Positions 9,436 through 19,620 of a DNA stretch of 64,000 nucleotides are shown here, piece after piece; the first letter of the stretch is position 1, and each line of letters opens with the position of its first letter. The notes beneath the pieces are model-generated. The model had not been told where the DNA came from and did no database searches. It saw nothing but the letters and a program-made list of their open reading frames with translations. Source of the stretch: Sulfolobales archaeon (GTDB lineage: Archaea; Thermoproteota; Thermoprotei_A; Sulfolobales; AG1); the NCBI GenBank assembly GCA_038867615.1, contig JAWBYA010000001.1, positions 288,001 to 352,000 on the forward strand, in the 5' to 3' direction. The position numbers were made by a program, and so were the translations under genes.

Positions 9436-10342
9436 ATTTATTTCTGCAGTGTTTCAGACTCTCCTTAGCCTTGACCATCATATAGAGTATATGGTTTGTG
9501 GTCGCCTCTATACCAAGATCCTCCGCGATCCTCGCTATATAGCCATTTATAAAATCGATCTCGGTCTTTCTACACCTAGCCAGGTCTGATAGCATTGATG
9601 AGATATTATCCCCCGTCTTTATGGCTATCTCGAACACCTCGCGGCAGGGGTCTCTTGGGAACTCTATACCCTTAACCCCAGCTATTCTCTTCACCTCCTC
9701 GCACACCATGGTGGCAAGGGTTCTTAGGAGCTCGTTATCAGCAATAGCCTTGTTTCTAACCTCAAGCAGGGCTGTTATAGGGTTTATCACAGCATTGACA
9801 ACAAGCTTGAGCCATCTGTATGGCTCTATATCCTCGACAACAACTACGTCGAGATCTCTTAGAAGATCTGCTATTCTGTCTAGATAAGGGTTTCTATAAC
9901 CCTTCACCATACCCAGATAGCTTTTACCACCTCCTACCCAAACACATGTATCATGATCCACTAGTGATACGCCGTGGTTTAGCACAAGCTGGGCTACCCT
10001 CCCGGGTCCTAGTCTCCTCACCCCTTCTTCAAAAACGCCAAGGCCGTTTTGAACCAGGATTGCCAGTGATAGATCTCTAGAAGTCGAGATCCTTTCTATA
10101 ATGATACCGGCATCATAGGCTTTTGTGGCTATGAAGATCACATCTGAATAGAGCCAGTCATCATAGCTATAGACAGTGCTCTTGTATCTAAGCCTAGCCT
10201 CGGATCCTTCTGGTGTTAGTATCCTTGTCGGGATAGGGGTGTTCAGAGATCTTTTGACAAGTACGGGCTCGATATTAGCTTTATTGAGGATATGGATCAG
10301 CAGGGATCCTACGGAGCCCGCACCCACGATGGAGATCCTCAT
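9431..10342 (-). CDS. panE: Ketopantoate reductase
   Basis: GAGSVG, ATKAYD, QNGLG, WLKLVVNAVINP, SSMLSD, TEIDFING. Confidence 0.92.
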   Translation of the reverse strand: MRISIVGAGSVGSLLIHILNKANIEPVLVKRSLNTPIPTRILTPEGSEARLRYKSTVYSYDDWLYSDVIFIATKAYDAGIIIERISTSRDLSLAILVQNGLGVFEEGVRRLGPGRVAQLVLNHGVSLVDHDTCVWVGGGKSYLGMVKGYRNPYLDRIADLLRDLDVVVVEDIEPYRWLKLVVNAVINPITALLEVRNKAIADNELLRTLATMVCEEVKRIAGVKGIEFPRDPCREVFEIAIKTGDNISSMLSDLARCRKTEIDFINGYIARIAEDLGIEATTNHILYMMVKAKESLKHCRNKL

Positions 10343-10495
10343 ATGCTCCCATATATAGAATACGTTATGAGTATCAAAAACGGCTCTAAGGAAGTATATA
10401 ATTGATCTCTTATGGGGCTAGGTACCTGGACAAAGCACATGTATAACGATCTACTATGGGTTGGGAGGATCGGTTTCGACAAGGATTGCTAGTCT

Positions 10496-10879
10496 TTATA
10501 ACGCTCGCCCCAGCTGATCTGGGGGTTCTTTCTCTTTGTGTGTTTTGTTAAGGGCTATTGCTAGTTTTGATAACGCGTCTACATAGGATCCCAGGATTTT
10601 TTCTATATTGCTTGGGAGTTTTGGGTCTATCTTTATATCACTCCTACCTAGATTCCTTATAACCTCTAGCCATTCGCTGCTTAGGTCTCGTGGGTGTGTT
10701 ACCACAAACCTCACCTCGTGGAAAAAACCCTCGCGCGAGATTCTTTCCACGAGATCCTTGATATTATCATGGATCCTCAGCACCCTTAGATGCTCCATCC
10801 CCTCAACGCCTCTCAGGACTGCTATGAAATCATAACCCCCGGTTCTCAGGTGTAACAGTATTCTTGACTCCCTCTTCAT
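10496..10879 (-). CDS. Hypothetical protein
   Basis: 127-aa ORF with ATG start, divergent from E1 alpha. Confidence 0.55.
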   Translation of the reverse strand: MKRESRILLHLRTGGYDFIAVLRGVEGMEHLRVLRIHDNIKDLVERISREGFFHEVRFVVTHPRDLSSEWLEVIRNLGRSDIKIDPKLPSNIEKILGSYVDALSKLAIALNKTHKEKEPPDQLGRAL

Positions 10880-11004
10880 GGCCCTCTATAGATATAGCGC
10901 TTAGCCTTACTAATTATCTAGAGCCTTATCTCGATCTCTGGGTTTTGCTGGTTCTCCCATATATAAACCCTGCGCTCTTAATGATATGCTGGAGGCTCTT
11001 GTTA

Positions 11005-12027
11005 ATGAGTAGGGTTGAGAACATAGGCATCATAGATCCCTCGAGATACGGGGAGCACGGGATCTCGAAGGAGGATCTTATGTGGATGTGGAAAACAATG
11101 ATGCTTATAAGAAGGTTTGAGGAGAGAGTGATAAAGCTTTTCGAAGAGAAGAAGCTCGTAGGAGCATCACACCTATATATAGGTATGGAGGCAGTAGCCA
11201 CAGGCGTTATGAAAGCCCTGGATAAGGATGACTATATCGTCTCAACATATAGGGGGCATGGGCACGCATTAGCCAGGGGTATTCCGCCCAGACTGGTTAT
11301 GGCCGAGCTCTTTGGAAGAGCCACGGGAACTAACAAGGGGCTCGGAGGCTCCATGCATGTCTCCATGTACCCAGAGCTCGGGATCATGATGACCACAGCA
11401 ATAGTTGGAAGCGGTATCCCGGTAGCAGCCGGGCTTGGATATGCTATAAAGTATAGGGGTGAGAAGAGAGTGGTTGCAGCATTCTTCGGAGATGGTGCTG
11501 TGAACACAGGGGCTTTTCACGAGGGGGCTAACATGATAGGCTTATGGAGACTCCCAGTGATCCTTGTGTGTGAAAACAACCTCTACGGCATGGGCGGCAG
11601 GGTTGACAGGGTTACGGCCGGGTCTACGGGATCCTCTGTGATCCACAGGGCCCTCGCATATAATATAGAAGGTATCGTGGTTGATGGCTTCGACCCTGTT
11701 GCTGTCTATATCGCTGCTAGGAAGGCTGTTGAGAAGGCTAGGAATGGTGGGGGGCCTACATTTATTGAGGCTAGAACATATAGATTCCTTGGGCACAACC
11801 TCAGAGATCCCCAGAGATATAGATCCAGAGATGAGGTTGAGGAGTGGAAGAGAAGAGATGCTGTGGCAAGGTTAACAAGGATATTGATAGATAACGGCTA
11901 CGCATCGCAGGAAGAGCTGGACGGGATCGAGAAACAGATCCTCGAGGAGATCGAGGACTCAGTTAGATTTGCTCAGGAGAGCCCGTACCTCAGCTTCGAG
12001 GAGCTCTATAACTTCATATACGCCTAG
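11005..12027 (+). CDS. pdhA: 2-oxoacid/acetoin dehydrogenase E1 alpha subunit (TPP-dependent)
   Basis: HLYIGMEA, YRGHGH, GGSMH, GDGA...NN TPP motif, TYRFLGH. Confidence 0.9.
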   Translation: MSRVENIGIIDPSRYGEHGISKEDLMWMWKTMMLIRRFEERVIKLFEEKKLVGASHLYIGMEAVATGVMKALDKDDYIVSTYRGHGHALARGIPPRLVMAELFGRATGTNKGLGGSMHVSMYPELGIMMTTAIVGSGIPVAAGLGYAIKYRGEKRVVAAFFGDGAVNTGAFHEGANMIGLWRLPVILVCENNLYGMGGRVDRVTAGSTGSSVIHRALAYNIEGIVVDGFDPVAVYIAARKAVEKARNGGGPTFIEARTYRFLGHNLRDPQRYRSRDEVEEWKRRDAVARLTRILIDNGYASQEELDGIEKQILEEIEDSVRFAQESPYLSFEELYNFIYA

Positions 12028-12036
12028 GTGATCGCG

Positions 12037-13023
12037 ATGGGAGAGGTTATAATGAGCTATGCAGCAGCCCTCAGAGAAACCCTTAGGGAGGAGATGAGGA
12101 GAGACCCAAACATAGTGATCCTCGGAGAGGATGTGGGAGCCTGGGGAGGCGTTTTCACAGTAACCCTAGGGCTCTTACAAGAATTCGGACCCCAGAGGGT
12201 TATAGATACACCGATATCCGAGGCAGCCATAGTAGGTGCTGCTCTGGGCATGGCCCTGGCAGGGCTGAGACCGGTTGCCGAGATAATGTATATGGATTTC
12301 ATAACAATAGCAATGGATCAGCTCATCACCCACGCAGCAAAGCTTAGGTTCATGAGCGGTGGGAGGATAAAACTCCCAATGGTTATCAGAACACAATACG
12401 GTATTGGGAGAGCCTATGGCCCCCAGCACAGCCAGTTCGTCCCCTCATGGTTCCTCCAGCCAGGGATAAAGGTCGTAGCACCATCAACACCTGCAGACGC
12501 TAAGGGTCTCTTGAAAGCAGCCCTTAGAGAGAACAACCCAGTATTATTCATCGAGGCCGCCCTCCTATACGAGACAACAGGACCTGTACCAGAGGGTGAC
12601 TATATCATACCAATAGGGCTTGCCGATATAAAGAGAAAGGGATCCGACGTAACCATCGTGGCGATCTCTAGAACAGTGCTCGACGCGCTCAAAGCCGCAG
12701 AGATCCTCTCAGAGAAACACGGAATCGAGGCCGAGGTAATAGATCCGAGAACGCTCTACCCACTAGATCTGAAAACAATCTTCTCATCGGTGAGAAAAAC
12801 CGGGAGGATTGTGATCACTACAGACGAGATTAGGAGTGGTAGCGTTGCTGCAGAGATCCTCTCCAGGGTCGCGGAAGATCCTGACACACTCTATAGCTTA
12901 GAAACAGCCCCAAAGATCGTGTCCAGCCCTGATATGCCAGTCCCAACACCAGCCCCACTTGAAAAAGCCTATATGGTAAACCCCGACAAGATAGTCAACG
13001 CTGTTATTACAATGCTCAGATAA
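12037..13023 (+). CDS. pdhB: 2-oxoacid/acetoin dehydrogenase E1 beta subunit
   Basis: GEDVG, DTPISE, EIMYMDF, QHSQ, DPRTLYPLD. Confidence 0.92.
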   Translation: MGEVIMSYAAALRETLREEMRRDPNIVILGEDVGAWGGVFTVTLGLLQEFGPQRVIDTPISEAAIVGAALGMALAGLRPVAEIMYMDFITIAMDQLITHAAKLRFMSGGRIKLPMVIRTQYGIGRAYGPQHSQFVPSWFLQPGIKVVAPSTPADAKGLLKAALRENNPVLFIEAALLYETTGPVPEGDYIIPIGLADIKRKGSDVTIVAISRTVLDALKAAEILSEKHGIEAEVIDPRTLYPLDLKTIFSSVRKTGRIVITTDEIRSGSVAAEILSRVAEDPDTLYSLETAPKIVSSPDMPVPTPAPLEKAYMVNPDKIVNAVITMLR

Positions 13024-13145
13024 GATCCGGCTGTGCCTATTGTTCGTTATCTGTATTTATCTATAGCCTTTGAAGATCCTTGCTAAATAGATCTGGTAGC
13101 TTGTATAGAAAGCCTCAATGCTGTAAAAACTCCTAGGATTATGGG

Positions 13146-16100
13146 TTATTTCTTCCTCCTCCTAGCCATATACATGGCTATTATCGCTACTATTGCTATT
13201 ACTGCTACCACCACAAGCATCGGGTTTATCGACGATGTTTCAACCCCGGCTTTGGCTGTTTGCTGTGCCTCGGTCGTCGTCTCTGTGGTTTGTGTCGATT
13301 TAGGTGTTATCTGGATCTGTGTTTGTGTTGGAGATGCTGCCTTGGTTGCTGTTACTGTTCTCGGAGGGCTTCTTGGTGCGCCTTCTGTTGATAAGCCTAT
13401 AGCGAATAATGGGTCTCCTGGCGTTACTGTTATCACAATCTCTTTTCTCTCTAAATCTATCTCGATGTTCTCGACTTCTATGTATGCGTCTCTAGTCACA
13501 TTGTATTTAAGTATCCTTATGCTTGAGGGGTCCGTTATGCCTAGTTTTTCATAGTTTATCCTGATCGTTACGCTACCAGCACCTGCTCTCAGAACATCTA
13601 TAGCAAACACCTTGAGCACTTTGACACCCTGTGGTGAGGTGTAGTTAGCAGGGTTTGTTTCATATACTGTTAGTGAGACCTCGTGCTCTCCTGACGATGA
13701 TATCGTGAGCCAATCATTGGCCTTTGTCTCGCCGGATCCTTTTAGGTGTTTTGTATCAAGCCTTACAGGCTCGTATGTTAGGACACCGCTCACAGGATCG
13801 CTGAACACCGCCCCAACGATTACCTTGTCCCCCATATGGATCTCGCCGCTCCTTATCTGGACACCGTTTAGCTTTAACATATAGCTCGATCCTCCTGGTA
13901 GTATTAGTTGCAATATGCTCACATTCTCCAGCCTCAGCTGGTTACCAGCAATAGAGATCTTTCCATCAGATACGGTCTCCACGCCATCTCCTCTTGTGGT
14001 GTTATAATCGCTCTCGGTGTAGTAAGCCTTGAAGATGATCTGATCTACGGGTATGTTGTTCACAAGGATAGCTAATATAAAGACCAGATCTCTCTTGAGA
14101 TCGCTTGGAATCTCGACCTTCAGAGTAAATGCATAGCTCCCACCGCTTGGAATCTCGATGCTGTCTGAGCGTGATCCCTTGTAGAGCTCTGTATCCAGTA
14201 TTGCTAGCGAGACCTTTGCCGACTCTCCCCCCATATTATGGACCGTTATTTTTACGCTCTTATCGCTCCAAAGCTGGGATGTATCTATATCGAGATCTCT
14301 TATAACCAGCGCTGCCCCAGGAGGTGTTCTCCACACCGCGCTCCTCGATATCGTGTCCCTGGCTTCCCGCAGATCCTGGATTATGTTCTCTATTCTGCTA
14401 TCTATCACCTGGATCAATGGATCTATTGGTCTTATTGATGGGAACATCAGGAGGAATTTCACCACCTCTGTGAAGTCATAGTAGTGCTCTGTAAAGTAGG
14501 CTGAGATCATTGTAAGATTCATCCTAACCTGGTCGTCGGGAGTGCTTAGCATAGCTCTCCTCATCAGTAGATCGGCTCTGTCGAGGATCTCTACGAGCAT
14601 CGCGATCTCTGTGAGGTTATACTGGAATCTATCAACCATACCCCTGAATCTCCCTGCCAGAGCCTCGGCCTCGGCTACAAGGCTCTCCATCTCCCTAGAA
14701 ATCTCCCCAGTGCTGATTAGAGAGAGCTGGAGTGTTACGGGAGCCGGAGCTTCTAGAAAGCTGGTTGAAGGCGATACCCAGCCCCACCCGAGATCCTCTT
14801 GAGAGAATGAGATCTTCTTTATCGTCTTGCTTGCTGTAAATACGAATGTTACTATTGGGAGAAGGGTTTGCAGGCTTATGCTTGTTATTGTGAGGAACTC
14901 TCCAAGCTTGTTACCTGTTGTGAGTGTATAATAGAACACAGAGATCCAGAGATCCTTGATAAGGATATCCATTATAGTTGCTGCCGCGGTAGCTATGTAG
15001 AGCGAGTTAACAAGATCTTTGAGTTTTGCGTATTTCTTCGTCTCTTTTATCGTTACCTCGCCCGAGTATTCTAGGCTGAGTCCTGTGAAGACCGCGAATT
15101 GTTTTTTAACGGTTTTATACCCTGCTGGTAGTGTTAACCCTTCTCCCTTAATTGTTTCTACCAGTGAGTCTAGCTCTTTAGCCAGCGATAGTACTGTTCC
15201 CACGACGTTCTCCGCCACCATGTATTTGTCAGCTATGTTGTAGAAGAGACTTTCAAGATCCCTGAATCTTATTGCCGAATCGAGAACCCCGTATCTATCC
15301 TCCCTCACATGCCATTGCAGCTCTGGGGGTTTTGTCCTCGATGGTAGTTTTGACGCTATGTCCTCGAAATCGAGGTTTTTGTAGTAGAGCGCTATGCCGG
15401 TTCCTCTTATTATTGCTAGTAACGTTTCTGTGGGATAGAGTGGGTAGGGAGAGATCATAACCTCTTGGAAGACCCTGTGTTGCAGAGCCATGTTATTCAG
15501 AGCCATCATAGCCTGGGCTATAGCTGTTGTGAGGAGCTGGGTTATGATCTCTCCTGTTACATCTTTAACAAGCTCTCCCGTCGGGGCTGTTAGGAGGAAT
15601 TTAATGAGCTTCGAGCCTATTGTTATTGCTGTCATTAGATCGTCAGCCACCTTTGTGTCGTTCCCAGCTAGATTTAGTGTTAAGTTTCTGACTCCGCTGT
15701 ATCCCAGCATCTCTAGCGTTCCAAGGACGCTTCCATCGAGCAGTATTGTTGTTGACTTAGCTACTTTGAATATCTTGGTTATACTTTTATCTAGCCACTC
15801 AGGTTTTTTCAGCTTTTCCATGATATTACCCCTGTTCCAGATCTTTACTTTGCTGAAGTAGCCGTCCTCCAGGCTCTCAGCTACTATGGCCATGGCTGCT
15901 ATGCTCGATACAATAAGGATCCCGTTGGTGACATATTTATGGTTCCTTATCATCTCAGCCTGGAATATTACGAGCTTAGCCAGCTTGCTCCAATAGCTTT
16001 TCTCATCCTTCATCACAGCTTCTGAGGTTAGGTTGTAACGGGGGTCTCTGAAGCTTATCCCCGCACCTAGCTTTGATAACTCGGTACGTATTGATGAATC

Positions 16101-19100
16101 CTCCCACATTGTTGGGAAGAGGACAACCGGCCTGGCGTAGAAGGATTTAGAGCCTACCTCCTTTATCCACGATATGATCCCTAGAAATAGGTCTTTAGCA
16201 ACCCTCAGATCCTCCGGCACGGGTTTTGAAGCTATTATATTTTCCAACAGGGTTATAGGCTCCAGTGTTAATGCTAGGTCTGTTAGCTGGGCTGCGTATT
16301 CATCGTTCTTCCCTGCAAGGATCTCGGCGTAGTATAGGTATCTCTTTAGTATTGTGTAGGGCACTGGGATTTTATACTCAAGCTTAACTGCCTCGTCGGT
16401 CTTTTTATAGAGCATCTCTTCTGTGACAACTATATCTACCCCAGTGTCTCTCACATATACGGGGGCTTGCTCATAGTTATTGATCTTTAGCTTGTATGAT
16501 AATATGTATGTTTCGTTAGGGGTCATGTTTATAGCTAGGGGTGAGAGCATGAGTCTGCCTTGGTTAATCTCTGTCCTATATAGCTCTTTTCCTGTCCTTT
16601 TCTCAAGAATTCTGAGCTCTATGGTATAGTCACCGCCTTTCAGGGGTGTTTCTTTTTCGAAGCCGAGACTCATATAGTTTTTCTCTATATACTCTAGTAT
16701 ATTGCTCTCTTGAGGATTATCTGGCAGTGGTATTGGTATGTCTATGAAGTTGAGCACTATATAGACACCAGCACCATAGATCCATGCCATGGCTCTTCCT
16801 GTAGCACCTTCCTCATCAACACCTTTCACTACGAGAACCAGTGGTGTGTTGGATAGGTTGGTTCCGGCGATCTGTTGTAGCTCTTTAGCCGAGGGTATCT
16901 TGATCATAGCGACTCCGGTGTCGGTAGTGCTTATCTTAGTCCTGCTGGGGGTTACGTTAAGCAATATCTCCCCTCCATTGGGGAGGGATAGGGTTGCGTT
17001 GAGATAGACACTAACACTCTTCCCAGAGCTACCATATCTATGCATATACACACTAAGGGTATCGCCTGGAAAAGCGGATTCTTTCTCAAACCACAGGACT
17101 AACACAGGCTTCTCAGGAGAGCCAATGCTAGGGGCGGTGCCAGAGAAACTCTTAGGAAGATACAATATATAGTATTCAGGCTCTGTCTTTGTATCAAATA
17201 TGGTAACGATATAGTCTATCCTAGAATAGATCCAGGCTTGGTACTCTATAGTAATATTTCTAGAAGAGCACGTCACATTTCCAGAGGGAGTGGTAGAGCA
17301 TTTAGTTACTTCCGCTATAGCGTAGCTTGCTCTGGATGGGTGTACTGACTGGAATGCTTTCACCTCCTGAAATACCTTGTTACCATTTTGTGGAACCCGG
17401 TATGCTGGTGTGCTGAAGAACTCATTATATTTAACAGTGGTGGGGGTAAAGTAATACCTACTGCCCATAGATGTAGAGAGTTCCCCTACGGCGAAGTAAA
17501 AATGTCTGTCTTCGGGGGTAGTGAGTATAATGTAGGGGTTAGGGCTCAGCTGTATAAGGGCTTGGCGGGTCTCTAGATTCTCACCACTATATGAAGAGGT
17601 ATCAAGGAGGAGTACATCTTGCCCACCATATATTGGTTTGAATCCTCCGCAAGGATCTTCACCGCCATGTATCTTCGTTATCTTCTCGTCTGATCCTATC
17701 GATGACGTGAGTTTCTCTGTCACTCCGCATCTAATATCAATTATTAATGTCTCCCAATGGCTTCGCGCATACTGGCTATTAGCATTGATTTTATATGTGA
17801 TCTCGGGTACTTGGAGTATATAGCCCGGTGGGGGTGGGTTGGGCAGCCATCCTCCTATCCGTAGCTCCGTCGATCCTGTGAAGCTTAGTGACTCGCTCTG
17901 GTCTGTCGTATCTGTTAGTCCTCCATACCTGGTTGATATGCGTGTATTCTGAGTCATCTGAACACCGCTGTGTTTGATCATTAGCTTGAGAGAGCCGAAT
18001 TCATCATAGCCTTTCTTCTCTATACTTAGTTTATGTAGACCGGTTATCGTGCTACTTTCGGAGCTGGTTTTTTTGCTAGAGGTATATGCACCATCTAGCT
18101 GTGCCTCTATACCGCTGAACCTCTCGCCCCCGACCTCGATATTGATCTGGAATGATGCTAGGGACATACCGCGGGCATTGCTTATAGAGAGCGTGACCTT
18201 ATCACTCCCACTATACACATCGGGTTTGATGATAAACATCGCTGAGAGCTTAGAAGCCATGATCCTTGCTCCCGGGCCGGAGCATATCTCGTTCACAGGT
18301 TCTAGATAGTTCACAATACCTGGTATTGGGTATGAGGCGGGTGCGAAAACAGCCGTGTTTGAGTCACTTTGGAGATAGATAGACCACGAGGCGGTGAAAG
18401 AAGCATCGTACTTGATTGTGATAGGGCCTCTTTTAGGCGCTGGGGTAAGTCCGCTCACCATTACACCGATCGTTGATGGCGGGGATACAGACACGTTCCT
18501 GATTGCTGTATATGCTAATCCACCCGCTCTTCCCTCAAGTGTCCAGGAGAGTACTAGGAACCTGGATAGCGGGTCGTCTGGAGATGATATGCGGTCCACT
18601 ATATCTCGGGCTCCGATGTAGTGGCATTTTGTTCGGGATTTGCTGTTCTTAGAAAGGAAAACCTCGAGCAGATCGTATATGGAATCCCTACCCGAAGCCC
18701 CAACGGACTTTGGGAGAAGCATTAGAACTACATTCTCCCCCTTGGGAACCACGAGTCTGGAGTTGTTGGTTAGCCTCATGAAGGAGTAGAGGTACTGGGG
18801 ATTAGCGAAGAACACGGAGGAAGCGGTCTCGATGTTTCCTTGTACGATTGTGAGATCACCCTCTACATGGACAAACGAGCCGGTGGGCTTGCTATGATCT
18901 GTTATATACGAACCGCCTATAAGGAAGATGGGCGGTATATCTTGCTCAAACTCGAAAGACAGCAGATCACCATCCTCGCTTTCTCCAGTAATAGCCCACT
19001 TGATCTTTATCTCTTTGTCGATGATCTTTTTAACATATTCTGAGTATCTCATCTCGCTCCGCTTACCGTTGTGATCGACGATTGTTATCACAGGATCCAT

Positions 19101-19322
19101 ATATTGTCCTATTGCTGGGTAGGTTTGGCCTCTGTAGAGGAATAGGGCCACGAGCTCAAAGTTATTCACAATATATTGAGAAGGGTTTTCCGAAGCCGCT
19201 AAGAATGTAGAGACATTCTGTGTGTGTGAGAGGAGGATTATAGCTAGTAATGAGAGGGCTAGTGCTTTGACATAGAGTCTCCTCAAAAGTCTGGATCTTT
19301 TGGGACCCAAGCCCAATCTCAC
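13146..19322 (-). CDS. Very large surface-anchored protein (2058 aa)
   Basis: Signal peptide, beta-rich N half, hydrophobic helical core, Ig/CARDB-like domain, Thr/Pro-rich linker, C-terminal TM plus RRRKK. Confidence 0.85.
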   Translation of the reverse strand: MRLGLGPKRSRLLRRLYVKALALSLLAIILLSHTQNVSTFLAASENPSQYIVNNFELVALFLYRGQTYPAIGQYMDPVITIVDHNGKRSEMRYSEYVKKIIDKEIKIKWAITGESEDGDLLSFEFEQDIPPIFLIGGSYITDHSKPTGSFVHVEGDLTIVQGNIETASSVFFANPQYLYSFMRLTNNSRLVVPKGENVVLMLLPKSVGASGRDSIYDLLEVFLSKNSKSRTKCHYIGARDIVDRISSPDDPLSRFLVLSWTLEGRAGGLAYTAIRNVSVSPPSTIGVMVSGLTPAPKRGPITIKYDASFTASWSIYLQSDSNTAVFAPASYPIPGIVNYLEPVNEICSGPGARIMASKLSAMFIIKPDVYSGSDKVTLSISNARGMSLASFQINIEVGGERFSGIEAQLDGAYTSSKKTSSESSTITGLHKLSIEKKGYDEFGSLKLMIKHSGVQMTQNTRISTRYGGLTDTTDQSESLSFTGSTELRIGGWLPNPPPPGYILQVPEITYKINANSQYARSHWETLIIDIRCGVTEKLTSSIGSDEKITKIHGGEDPCGGFKPIYGGQDVLLLDTSSYSGENLETRQALIQLSPNPYIILTTPEDRHFYFAVGELSTSMGSRYYFTPTTVKYNEFFSTPAYRVPQNGNKVFQEVKAFQSVHPSRASYAIAEVTKCSTTPSGNVTCSSRNITIEYQAWIYSRIDYIVTIFDTKTEPEYYILYLPKSFSGTAPSIGSPEKPVLVLWFEKESAFPGDTLSVYMHRYGSSGKSVSVYLNATLSLPNGGEILLNVTPSRTKISTTDTGVAMIKIPSAKELQQIAGTNLSNTPLVLVVKGVDEEGATGRAMAWIYGAGVYIVLNFIDIPIPLPDNPQESNILEYIEKNYMSLGFEKETPLKGGDYTIELRILEKRTGKELYRTEINQGRLMLSPLAINMTPNETYILSYKLKINNYEQAPVYVRDTGVDIVVTEEMLYKKTDEAVKLEYKIPVPYTILKRYLYYAEILAGKNDEYAAQLTDLALTLEPITLLENIIASKPVPEDLRVAKDLFLGIISWIKEVGSKSFYARPVVLFPTMWEDSSIRTELSKLGAGISFRDPRYNLTSEAVMKDEKSYWSKLAKLVIFQAEMIRNHKYVTNGILIVSSIAAMAIVAESLEDGYFSKVKIWNRGNIMEKLKKPEWLDKSITKIFKVAKSTTILLDGSVLGTLEMLGYSGVRNLTLNLAGNDTKVADDLMTAITIGSKLIKFLLTAPTGELVKDVTGEIITQLLTTAIAQAMMALNNMALQHRVFQEVMISPYPLYPTETLLAIIRGTGIALYYKNLDFEDIASKLPSRTKPPELQWHVREDRYGVLDSAIRFRDLESLFYNIADKYMVAENVVGTVLSLAKELDSLVETIKGEGLTLPAGYKTVKKQFAVFTGLSLEYSGEVTIKETKKYAKLKDLVNSLYIATAAATIMDILIKDLWISVFYYTLTTGNKLGEFLTITSISLQTLLPIVTFVFTASKTIKKISFSQEDLGWGWVSPSTSFLEAPAPVTLQLSLISTGEISREMESLVAEAEALAGRFRGMVDRFQYNLTEIAMLVEILDRADLLMRRAMLSTPDDQVRMNLTMISAYFTEHYYDFTEVVKFLLMFPSIRPIDPLIQVIDSRIENIIQDLREARDTISRSAVWRTPPGAALVIRDLDIDTSQLWSDKSVKITVHNMGGESAKVSLAILDTELYKGSRSDSIEIPSGGSYAFTLKVEIPSDLKRDLVFILAILVNNIPVDQIIFKAYYTESDYNTTRGDGVETVSDGKISIAGNQLRLENVSILQLILPGGSSYMLKLNGVQIRSGEIHMGDKVIVGAVFSDPVSGVLTYEPVRLDTKHLKGSGETKANDWLTISSSGEHEVSLTVYETNPANYTSPQGVKVLKVFAIDVLRAGAGSVTIRINYEKLGITDPSSIRILKYNVTRDAYIEVENIEIDLERKEIVITVTPGDPLFAIGLSTEGAPRSPPRTVTATKAASPTQTQIQITPKSTQTTETTTEAQQTAKAGVETSSINPMLVVVAVIAIVAIIAMYMARRRKK

Positions 19323-19620
19323 CGTCGGGGAGAGGGGATGTTATGGCATTTATATATTCCGGTTTTGCAGATAACTGCAAACCCGCCTGGGTGAGAACTG
19401 GTATAGGATCCTCTCTAATCCTGAGAGGTTTAAACCTCATCACGTAGAATCCTCGATCCAATATGGATTCATACACAGCTTTAGGACATATGGTCGGGGC
19501 TCTCGTCTAAACTGTCATCAAAAGACTTGGGGCGTGGAGCATCACTACTATCGTTGCGTTGTTTGTGTGCAGTGTTTCGTGTGTAAGATATATATTTCTC
19601 TTAGGTTTTATAGAAAGGCT

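Noticed and set aside
13141-13554. Hydrophobic 137-aa ORF and many other short antisense ORFs in the track
   Set aside because: They are shadow frames opposite well-supported genes.
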